Source: an uncultured Leptospiraceae bacterium
Lineage (GTDB): Bacteria > Spirochaetota > Leptospiria > Leptospirales > Leptonemataceae
Assembly (NCBI GenBank): GCA_964619535.1
Contig: CAZUEX010000006.1
Location: 6,548 to 30,547 of the forward strand
Length of the DNA: 24,000 nt
Direction of reading: 5' to 3'
Part shown: positions 15,914 through 23,106 of the stretch, one piece after another
Numbering within the stretch: position 1 is the stretch's first letter
Layout of the letters: each line of letters begins with the position of its first letter
The notes under the pieces: model-generated
What the model saw: the letters and a program-made list of their open reading frames with translations, nothing else
What the model was told of the DNA's origin: nothing
The model's database searches: none
Program-made: the position numbers and the translations under genes

Positions 15914-16642
15914 ATGTGCACCCTTACGATACTACCGAGAACCGATGACGGCTTGCTATTCTCGGCCATGATCAATCGTGATGAGCTGCGCAGCAGAAAA
16001 AAGGCCACACCTCCGGCCTGGCAGGACGGTATCTTTGCTCCACGCGACACCGATGCCGGTGGAACCTGGACGGCCATCAACCGGGCAGGCCTGATCGGCT
16101 TCGTGCTGAATCGATCCGAAAAGGACAACCATTATAACGATGGCTCCATAAGCCGGGGCAGTCTTTTGCCGATACTTCTCAGGGCTTCTTCGGTAAACTC
16201 GGCGGTGAACGCCTTTGGCTACATCCCTCTGGAGAAAATGCGCCCTTTCTATTGTCTTCTTCGCGACACCGCCAGTCAGATCCTTTTCACGTATAACGGC
16301 AGATCTCTTACCAGAACTACAGTGCCACTCGATCAGCCCTTTCTACTTGCAACGTCAGGGCTGGGGGATGGGCTGGTGCGTCCGTATCGCGAAGCACGCT
16401 TTCTTAAGCTACTCCAAAGCGGCAGAAACCGGGAAGCACAGAAGAGCTTCCATCACACCTTCGATCCTGAATACCCTGTACAGAGCGTTCTGATGCAGAG
16501 AGATGAAGCCAGAACCGTTAGCATCACCTCCTATGCCATCGAAGAGAACGCTGCTACGATAGAGTACCGGGACATAGACTCCACAGAAAGTGTTCAAACT
16601 CGCATCGCCCTGCAGGCAGAGGAAAGCTACCGTGCCCCTTGA
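15914..16642 (+). CDS. NRDE-family (TANGO2-like) protein
   Basis: It starts MCTLTILP (Cys2) and has the eponymous NRDE motif at residues 21-24 (AMINRDELR). GAGGAAG lies 4-5 nt upstream of ATG 15914. The TTG at 15902 in the ORF track is unlikely to be the start. Confidence 0.85.
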   Translation: MCTLTILPRTDDGLLFSAMINRDELRSRKKATPPAWQDGIFAPRDTDAGGTWTAINRAGLIGFVLNRSEKDNHYNDGSISRGSLLPILLRASSVNSAVNAFGYIPLEKMRPFYCLLRDTASQILFTYNGRSLTRTTVPLDQPFLLATSGLGDGLVRPYREARFLKLLQSGRNREAQKSFHHTFDPEYPVQSVLMQRDEARTVSITSYAIEENAATIEYRDIDSTESVQTRIALQAEESYRAP

Positions 16643-16643
16643 C

Positions 16644-18197
16644 ATGTCTTCAGAATGGGCCTTTGCCCTCTCCGTGATCCTGGCCACCTTCATTGCAGAA
16701 GATGCCACACTGATTGCCGTTGGCCTGGCCATCGGTGCCGGCATGGTCTCGCCCCTGACAGGACTGGCCTCTGCCTTCAGCGGCGTGCTTCTGGGAGATG
16801 CAGGGCTGTGGGTTGTCGGTGCCCTTTTACAGAAAACAGGGCTAAAACGCTGGCACAGAATCCGCGTTGCTGCCGAGAAAGGCAGCCAGTTTCTAAGGCA
16901 GCATACGGGTAAGCTTGTCATCTCTGCCCGGTTCATTCCCGGACTGCGCCTTCCGGTCTATCTTGCAGCAGGGTTTACGCATCGCCGCTTTTCGTCGTTC
17001 TTGCTCTATGCTGCCCTGGCCGTCTTCCTGTGGACGCCCCTGCTGGTAGGCCTCTCCGCTATGCTTGGAAGAGCCGCCGCAGAAACGCTGCAGACATACA
17101 GCTACCTCATGTTTCTTCCTCTTCTGTCGATGTTTGCAGGCCCCATCATGCGTCTTGGCGGCCGACGGTTTCCGCGTTTGCGGCGATATGAATTCTGGCC
17201 TGCCTGGATCTTCTACGCCCCTCTTATTCCGTATATTCTCTATCAGAGCCTTCGCTCAGGCGGATTTGGGACCATTGCAGCGGCCAATCCTGCCATCCCT
17301 GGCGGTGGCATTGTCGGCGAATCGAAGTTTCAAATACTGTCCCTGCTTCCGCCTCTGCATTCGTTACGAACCGATCTGATCCCCGGGGATGGGGATCGTT
17401 CCAGCCGTCTTGATGATGTTCTTGCTTCGCGTAGGAACCGCTTCCCTGTCATTATGAAGCCCGATGCTTCACAGCGCGGTGCATCGGTTCGAGTTTTACA
17501 CAGCCGTCAGCAGATGCAGGCCTATCTGGAACAGACCCCGGGGGATGTTCTTGTTCAGGACTATCACCCTGGCCCGGCTGAGGTAGGAATCTTCTATGTC
17601 AGGGATCCCGATTGGCACAGGGGGCAGATCTTTTCGATAACGGGCAAAAGGTTTCCCGCTGTTCGTGGTGATGGAGTGCATACGCTAAAGCAGCTCATCG
17701 AATCGCATGACAGGTATCGCTTTCAAAAGAACGTTTTCTTTCGTCGCTTCAAGGATCAGCTGCACATCGTTCCCGAAGAAGGGAAGACCGTTTCCCTTGG
17801 CAAAGTGGGTAACCACTGCCAGGGCACTTCGTTCTACGATCGCAGCGATCTCATCACCGAGGAGCTTACGCGAGCCATCGATGAAATGGCACAGGCCATG
17901 AACGGCTTTTACTTTGGACGGTTTGACATTCGCTTTGAATCCGAAGAGGCCTTAAAGCAGGGACGGGACTTCTACGTGGTAGAAGCCAATGGCGTTACCT
18001 CAGAATCCACCAACCTGTATGATCCTTCTTTTTCATTACTGCAGGCCTATTCGATCCTGTTTCTGCAATGGAAGACACTTTTTGTCATTGCTCGCAAGAA
18101 CCGACGGCGTGGCATCCCGGGCAGCAACCTGTTCCGGATCGCAAGAGAAACCGTCGAGTATTACCAGAAAAGAGAATTCCCCGCAGATTCTGACTGA
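16644..18197 (+). CDS. Fusion protein: N-terminal DedA/VTT membrane domain + C-terminal ATP-grasp ligase domain
   Basis: DedA motifs are present: FIAEDATLIAVGLAIG, GVLLGDAGLWVVG and ARFIPGLRLPVYLAAGF. After about residue 200, ATP-grasp-like strands follow: FPVIMKPDASQRGASVRVL, VLVQDYHPGPAEVGIFY, GNHCQG and FGRFDIRFES...FYVVEANGVTSEST. ATG 16644 lies 1 nt after the NRDE stop, and GTG 16632 is an alternative start. Confidence 0.8.
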   Translation: MSSEWAFALSVILATFIAEDATLIAVGLAIGAGMVSPLTGLASAFSGVLLGDAGLWVVGALLQKTGLKRWHRIRVAAEKGSQFLRQHTGKLVISARFIPGLRLPVYLAAGFTHRRFSSFLLYAALAVFLWTPLLVGLSAMLGRAAAETLQTYSYLMFLPLLSMFAGPIMRLGGRRFPRLRRYEFWPAWIFYAPLIPYILYQSLRSGGFGTIAAANPAIPGGGIVGESKFQILSLLPPLHSLRTDLIPGDGDRSSRLDDVLASRRNRFPVIMKPDASQRGASVRVLHSRQQMQAYLEQTPGDVLVQDYHPGPAEVGIFYVRDPDWHRGQIFSITGKRFPAVRGDGVHTLKQLIESHDRYRFQKNVFFRRFKDQLHIVPEEGKTVSLGKVGNHCQGTSFYDRSDLITEELTRAIDEMAQAMNGFYFGRFDIRFESEEALKQGRDFYVVEANGVTSESTNLYDPSFSLLQAYSILFLQWKTLFVIARKNRRRGIPGSNLFRIARETVEYYQKREFPADSD

Positions 18198-18214
18198 TTC
18201 AGGAGAGGTTCATT

Positions 18215-18961
18215 ATGAAAACCGAGTTGAAACAGGCCTTTATTGCAAGGACCCCTGCAGAACGAGAGGCTGCATTGCGATTAAGACATGAGGTCTTCTC
18301 GATAGAGCAGGGGCACGGAACAAGCGGGGCAGAGGATGGCATCGACCGGGATCCCTTTGATGATTACTGCGAGCATCTGATCGTCCTTCATCCAACCCGG
18401 TCAGAGACCGTAATCGGAACCTACAGAATCCTGCTATCAGATGTAGCGGAAACAGGTCCGGGCTATTACTCTGAAACAGAATTTGATCTAAGCGGAATCC
18501 GGAAGCTGCCCATGCGCAAGGCCGAAATTGGACGAAGCTGCGTTCATCCAGATTTTCGTGATGGCAGCGTCATCCGGCTTCTATGGGCAGGCCTGGTAAG
18601 ATTCATGCAAGAGTCCGGTGCAGGCTGCTTTATGGGATGTGGCTCCCTGCCTGGCAGCGACGTAAAGCTGGCCGAGATCACCTATGCCTGTTTCCGTGAA
18701 GCAGGCAGGGTTTTGCCGCAGCACGTCGTGCAGCCGGTTCCTGAAGCACGGTTACCCGAATTCCAAACGGACATCATACTGGAAGACAGAAAACAGGGCA
18801 ATCGAATGATGCCTCCTCTGATGAAGGGCTATATGCGTGCCGGTGCATGTATTGCGGGCCCCCCTGTCTGTGATAGCCGCTTTGGAAGTATCGACTTCTT
18901 TCTTATCTTCTTTCCTGAATCAGGGAATACCGAATATAAGCGGCATTTTGGTTTAGAGTGA
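18215..18961 (+). CDS. OlsB-type GNAT N-acyltransferase (Acetyltransf_5 / 'putative hemolysin' family; acyl-ACP-dependent amino-acid N-acyltransferase)
   Basis: AALRLRHEVFSIEQG...DRDPFDDYCEHLIVLH...VIGTYRIL...YYSETEFDL...AEIGRSCVHPDFR...LLWAGL...GCGSL matches the OlsB / lyso-ornithine-lipid synthase family pattern. AGGAGAGG lies 7 nt upstream of the ATG. Confidence 0.85.
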   Translation: MKTELKQAFIARTPAEREAALRLRHEVFSIEQGHGTSGAEDGIDRDPFDDYCEHLIVLHPTRSETVIGTYRILLSDVAETGPGYYSETEFDLSGIRKLPMRKAEIGRSCVHPDFRDGSVIRLLWAGLVRFMQESGAGCFMGCGSLPGSDVKLAEITYACFREAGRVLPQHVVQPVPEARLPEFQTDIILEDRKQGNRMMPPLMKGYMRAGACIAGPPVCDSRFGSIDFFLIFFPESGNTEYKRHFGLE

Positions 18962-18971
18962 AACCAGCCCC

Positions 18972-19015
18972 CTCCATTTGCGAATGATACACAGTCCGAT
19001 CATACACAAATGGAG
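18972..19015 (+). promoter_or_regulatory. Extended hairpin whose 3' arm contains the Shine-Dalgarno of the peroxiredoxin-like gene
   Basis: CTCCATTTG (18972-18980) pairs perfectly with CAAATGGAG (19007-19015). An inner ATGAT (18984-18988) / ATCAT (18999-19003) stem sits across a symmetric 3x3 internal loop. The GGAG at 19012-19015 is the SD for ATG 19022. No U-tract follows. Confidence 0.35.
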
Positions 19016-19021
19016 AGTAAC

Positions 19022-19589
19022 ATGGCAGAGAATATCGCCACTACGGCAGAAAAGATTCAGCCCCTGTCGGTGGGTTCCAGAGTACCTGATGTCACACTGA
19101 AGCTGGTAGACGGGAAGACCTGCTCCCTGAAAGAACAGCTTGGCGGAAAGCCTTCCCTCATCATCTTAATATAGAGGTGGATGGTGCCCTTACTGCAACA
19201 AACAGCTGGCCAACCTGAGGCTCATCGAACAGGATATTCTCAAGGCTGGCGTACAGATTGTTGCCCTCTGTGCGGACAGGCCCGAAAAGGTAGCTGAAAC
19301 GCTGGAGCAACACAAGCCAGTGTACACGATCCTTTCCGATAATGACCTGGCAGCAGCTTCAGCCTTTGGCATCACCTTTCGCGTCGATGACCAGATGCTT
19401 GCAATGCTAAAAGAGCATAACCTTGATATCGAAGATGCATCAGGAAAGACACACCACCTTCTGCCGGTGCCGGCAGTGTTTGCTGTGGATGCAGGTGGAA
19501 CGATACAGTTCAGCCATGCCAATCCAGACTACACGGTGCGCATGTCCAATGCAGAGGTGATGGAGGTGGTCAAGCAAATGACGAAATAG
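19022..19589 (+). pseudogene. Peroxiredoxin-like (AhpC/TSA-redoxin fold) protein with WCPYC active site, interrupted by a +1 frameshift at ~19169
   Basis: Frame 1 reads MAENIATTAEKIQPLSVGSRVPDVTLKLVDGKTCSLKEQLGGKPSLIILI and then hits a stop (TAG 19172-19174). The next frame, from 19170, continues YRGGWCPYCNKQLANLRLIEQDILKAGVQIVALCADRPEKVAE...YTILSDNDLAAASAFGITFRV... to 19589. Together the two parts form one canonical family member. Confidence 0.85.
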
Positions 19590-19627
19590 ACCATTCGTCG
19601 TGCTGTTCTGCATTCGTCTATTTCCTG

Positions 19628-19656
19628 TCGACAGCAAGAAGGCAGGCAGTTAGACT
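19628..19656 (+). promoter_or_regulatory. Sigma-70-type promoter positioned for a leaderless egtB transcript
   Basis: TCGACA (19628-19633), a 17-nt spacer, then TAGACT (19651-19656). The egtB ATG is at 19664, 7 nt after the -10 element, with no SD in between. The -10 hexamer is the same as in the elaB-like promoter. Confidence 0.45.
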
Positions 19657-19663
19657 GTATACA

Positions 19664-20809
19664 ATGCTGAAAGAACAGTACCATCACGTAAGGCAGGCCT
19701 CCACGGGCATGGTGCAACCTCTTGAAACAGAGGACTTTGTTCTACAGCCCGTGGAGTTTGTCAGCCCTCCACGATGGAATCTGGCCCATACGACGTGGTT
19801 CTTCGAAGAATTCGTCCTTGCACAGTTTACGGACGATTACAGGCGCTATCATCCACAGTATGCCTTTCTCTTTAACAGCTATTACAATGCAGTCGGTGAT
19901 CGCACCCCAAGGCCGCACAGAGGACATCTCAGCCGGCCGACGGTTCAGGAGATCATGGACTATCGTTCCTATGTAGATGAGCAGATGGATCGCTTCTTCG
20001 ACTCAGATCGATGCACAGCAGAAGCACAGGAGATGATCACCCTCGGACTGCATCATGAGCAACAACACCAGGAGCTTTTCTACACGGATCTGAAATACAC
20101 CTTTCACCTGAATCCCCTGTTTCCCGTTTACAAAGACGTCGGTTTCTGCGAACAATTGCCACAGGGGGACGATCGTTTCATACGTATTCCAGAAGGGATC
20201 TATCGCATCGGCTATGAAGGGGATGGCTTCTGCTTTGATAACGAACGCATGGCCCATAACGTCTTTCTACAGTCCTTTGAAATCCAGAACCGGCTGGTGA
20301 CCAATCGAGAATACATGGACTTCATCGAAGACGGGGGATATGAGTCCTTTTCGCTATGGCATGAAGAGGGCTGGAACACCATCGCAGCGAAAAAGGCTCC
20401 GCTGTACTGGATGCGCATCGACGGCATCTGGCATCATTATACGTTAGCAGGCCTTCGTCCTGTCAATCCGGATCATGTGCTCAGCCATGTAACGTATTTC
20501 GAAGCGGCTGCCTTTGCCCGCTGGATGGGCTGCCGCCTGCCAACGGAGTTTGAATGGGAGGTGGCATCGGATTCCTTTGCCTGGGGACAGCGCTGGGAAT
20601 GGACCGAAAGCGCCTACCTGCCCTATCCCGGATTTCAAACGGCCGACAATGCTGCCGGCGAATACAATGGTAAGTTCATGGTGAACCAGAAGGTACTGCG
20701 GGGCGCATCGGCAGCCACCCCCGCCGGACATGCCCGTAAAACATATCGCAATTTCTTTCATCCCCACATAGGCTACCAGTACAACGGAATCAGGCTGGCC
20801 AGAGATTGA
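19664..20809 (+). CDS. egtB: Ergothioneine biosynthesis sulfoxide synthase EgtB (short form: DinB_2 + FGE-sulfatase-like domains)
   Basis: SPPRWNLAHTTWFFEEFVL, LFNSYYNAVG, LGLHHEQQHQELFYTDLKY, and the C-terminal FGE-like WEWTESAYLPYPGF...VLRGASAATPAGHARKTYRNFF. Confidence 0.9.
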   Translation: MLKEQYHHVRQASTGMVQPLETEDFVLQPVEFVSPPRWNLAHTTWFFEEFVLAQFTDDYRRYHPQYAFLFNSYYNAVGDRTPRPHRGHLSRPTVQEIMDYRSYVDEQMDRFFDSDRCTAEAQEMITLGLHHEQQHQELFYTDLKYTFHLNPLFPVYKDVGFCEQLPQGDDRFIRIPEGIYRIGYEGDGFCFDNERMAHNVFLQSFEIQNRLVTNREYMDFIEDGGYESFSLWHEEGWNTIAAKKAPLYWMRIDGIWHHYTLAGLRPVNPDHVLSHVTYFEAAAFARWMGCRLPTEFEWEVASDSFAWGQRWEWTESAYLPYPGFQTADNAAGEYNGKFMVNQKVLRGASAATPAGHARKTYRNFFHPHIGYQYNGIRLARD

Positions 20810-20811
20810 TC

Positions 20812-21762
20812 ATGCAAACGTTAACACAATTCGCTTCGGATACGATTACAGGCCTGCAGGCGCATCCCAAATTCCTTTTGCCGCGACACTTCTACGATGA
20901 TCGCGGTTCTCTGCTCTTTCAGAAGATTACGGAATTACCCGAATACTATCTTTACAGGGCTGAAGAGGCTATCCTTTCTGCCGAGGCCGATAAGCTGCCT
21001 CAGATCATCGGAAAACGCCCCCTGCAGATCATCGAGCCTGGAGCAGGAGACGGACAGAAGGCACGCTACATTTTACAGGCCTTTGCAAAAAGCCAGAAGG
21101 AGTTTTGCTATATTCCCGTGGACATCAGCGTCGATACGAATGACAGACTGGCCACGTCCCTGAAGCAGGAGTTTCCCGGCCTTTCTGTAAATCCCCTGCA
21201 TGGCGACTACTTTACGGTCTTGAAGAATCTTCCTGCCACAGAAGACCATGAACGCCTCATCCTCTTTCTGGGCTCCAATATCGGCAACTACTCCGGCGAA
21301 GAAACGGATGCACTTCTTTCCATGCTTCACAGCCTGTTGAATGCCTCCGATCATCTGTTGATCGGTTTCGACCTGAAGAAATCCCCCGAGCGAATCCTGC
21401 GCGCCTACTCAGACGGAGCCGGCATTACGCGCGAATTTAACCTGAATCACCTTAGGCGGATCAACCGCGAACTCGAAGCAAACTTCGACGTAGATTCTTT
21501 CGAACATCATGCATCCTACGACCCCCTCAGCGGTGAGGTGAAAAGCTATCTCGTAAGCACGCGAAAACAAACCGTGCATCTAAAACGGCTCAATACGGAA
21601 ATCGTCTTCGATGCATGGGAGCCGATCTACATGGAGGTTTCGCGCAAATACGACATCCCGACGATTGAATCACTGGCACACCGGCATGGCTTTCAGTGTC
21701 AGCAACACTTCTTTGCCAGGGATCGCGATTTCGTTGATTCACTGTGGATCAAAGTGGGCTAA
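20812..21762 (+). CDS. egtD: L-histidine N-alpha-methyltransferase EgtD
   Basis: FYDDRGSLLFQKITELPEYYLYRAEEAIL, IIEPGAGDGQK, YIPVDIS, LFLGSNIGNY, GFDLKK...AYSDGAGITREFNLNHLRRINREL. ATG 20812 lies 2 nt after the egtB stop. The TTG at 20806 in the track is unlikely to be the start. Confidence 0.92.
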   Translation: MQTLTQFASDTITGLQAHPKFLLPRHFYDDRGSLLFQKITELPEYYLYRAEEAILSAEADKLPQIIGKRPLQIIEPGAGDGQKARYILQAFAKSQKEFCYIPVDISVDTNDRLATSLKQEFPGLSVNPLHGDYFTVLKNLPATEDHERLILFLGSNIGNYSGEETDALLSMLHSLLNASDHLLIGFDLKKSPERILRAYSDGAGITREFNLNHLRRINRELEANFDVDSFEHHASYDPLSGEVKSYLVSTRKQTVHLKRLNTEIVFDAWEPIYMEVSRKYDIPTIESLAHRHGFQCQQHFFARDRDFVDSLWIKVG

Positions 21763-21783
21763 GACTGCCACCACAGGCAGGGT

Positions 21784-23106
21784 TTATGTACCGGGTTCAT
21801 CCAATCGTAACCGGAAGGCCTGAACGGGCTTTTCATTGCCCTTTACGCGCATCGGTTCAAGGGCCTCAAAGTGCAATCCATAGGCGTTCACGGGATCGCC
21901 GCCGGTCAGAGAAAGCACCTTTTCAAACGTCGTCTGATCGCAGAGAATCGAATCCGATACCTGCATCAGCCTGGCAGCCAGATTCACAACGTTGCCATGC
22001 ATCGTATACTCACTGCGAATCTCATTGCCCATAGGACCGACAAAGACAACGCCCGTACCGATTCCTATAACAGCTCTGTGTCCCATGGCTCCAAGCTCTG
22101 TAACGATGTCACGTGCAGAAAAGATAGCCCGCATGGCATCGTCGTGGTGGTCCAGAGGCGGCAGACCAAAGGCAGCCAGAATCACCGTACCTTTTTCTTC
22201 GATGCCAAAACGGTTGATGGCCCCCTCATAGCGGTACAGGCCATCCTGCACCTTGCGCATTACCCTGTGCACCTCTTCAATAGGAAGCTCTGCCGTATGC
22301 CATTCCAGGATGCGAATAAAAAGGACGGTAACCGTTCGCACCTCGAAGGCCGTTGACCCACGCCCTTCTTCGATCAGATTGATGATACGCCGCGGAATAA
22401 AACAGCGCAGTGCTTTTTCGCAGTCGTCTTTCAGGACCGGAATGGGTAGCGGTCCTGGCGGTTCTGCATCCGATCGACGTTCGATAAATAGACGGTCCTC
22501 TTTGCGATGCCCCGCCTGGATCGAGCGGATCATGCGGGCTCCCTGAGGGGAGATGACCACCTGGCCGGGCTCGGCCCGCTTCTGGGCCCGACCGACCTGA
22601 TCCACGGCATCCCCTCCGATCAGGAACTCCCAGCGATCGTAGAGCCCGCCCACCATCTGCGCAAGAAGCGGACCGGCACCGACCCCAATCCGCAAACAGA
22701 GCTCCATACCCGATCCGATCTTGGTGCGATGCAGCTTATGCTGTAGTTCCAGCCCGCAGTGTGCAGCCCGCAGGGTCATACGCCCCAGTTCCTGCTCGGA
22801 TGCAGCAGGCCAGACGGCGATCAGGGCATCACCGGCAAATTTCAGGATGTCGCCACCGAAATCATCGATTATGTCGATCTGACGGCTTAGATACAGGTTC
22901 ACAATGTCTGCCAGCTCGATCAGGCCGTTGGAAGAAAGCTTCATGATCTGCTCTGTAAGCGTCGTGAAGCCGGCCATATCGGCAAACAATGCTGCCCCTA
23001 CAATACTCTCAGCTACGGGACGTTCCGGAGCTGCCGGATGCTCGACAAGGTGCTCGAGAACCAGACGAGGTGCATATTTATGTAGCTTACTCAGGAGTTC
23101 TGACAT
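21784..23106 (-). CDS. Tandem-domain (C1-C2) class III nucleotidyl cyclase resembling the soluble adenylyl cyclase (sAC/ADCY10) catalytic core
   Basis: C1: ALFADMAGFT ... FGGDILKFAGDALIAVW. C2: VTVLFIRILEW ... KGTVILAAFGLPP ... RSEYTMHGNVVNLAARLMQ. The start is uncertain: ATG 23106 gives MSELLSKLHKYAPRLV, while the TTG at 23157 from the track has no SD at useful spacing. Confidence 0.88.
   Translation of the reverse strand: MSELLSKLHKYAPRLVLEHLVEHPAAPERPVAESIVGAALFADMAGFTTLTEQIMKLSSNGLIELADIVNLYLSRQIDIIDDFGGDILKFAGDALIAVWPAASEQELGRMTLRAAHCGLELQHKLHRTKIGSGMELCLRIGVGAGPLLAQMVGGLYDRWEFLIGGDAVDQVGRAQKRAEPGQVVISPQGARMIRSIQAGHRKEDRLFIERRSDAEPPGPLPIPVLKDDCEKALRCFIPRRIINLIEEGRGSTAFEVRTVTVLFIRILEWHTAELPIEEVHRVMRKVQDGLYRYEGAINRFGIEEKGTVILAAFGLPPLDHHDDAMRAIFSARDIVTELGAMGHRAVIGIGTGVVFVGPMGNEIRSEYTMHGNVVNLAARLMQVSDSILCDQTTFEKVLSLTGGDPVNAYGLHFEALEPMRVKGNEKPVQAFRLRLDEPGT

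Noticed and set aside
16409-16936. 175-aa minus-strand ORF across the NRDE / DedA junction
   Set aside because: It is antisense to two well-supported + strand genes, so it is a shadow ORF.
21765-21780. CTGCC-ACCACA-GGCAG hairpin between egtD and the convergent cyclase gene as a bidirectional terminator
   Set aside because: The stem is only 5 bp and the T-run (GGTTTA) is very weak. It abuts the cyclase stop codon, so support is insufficient.
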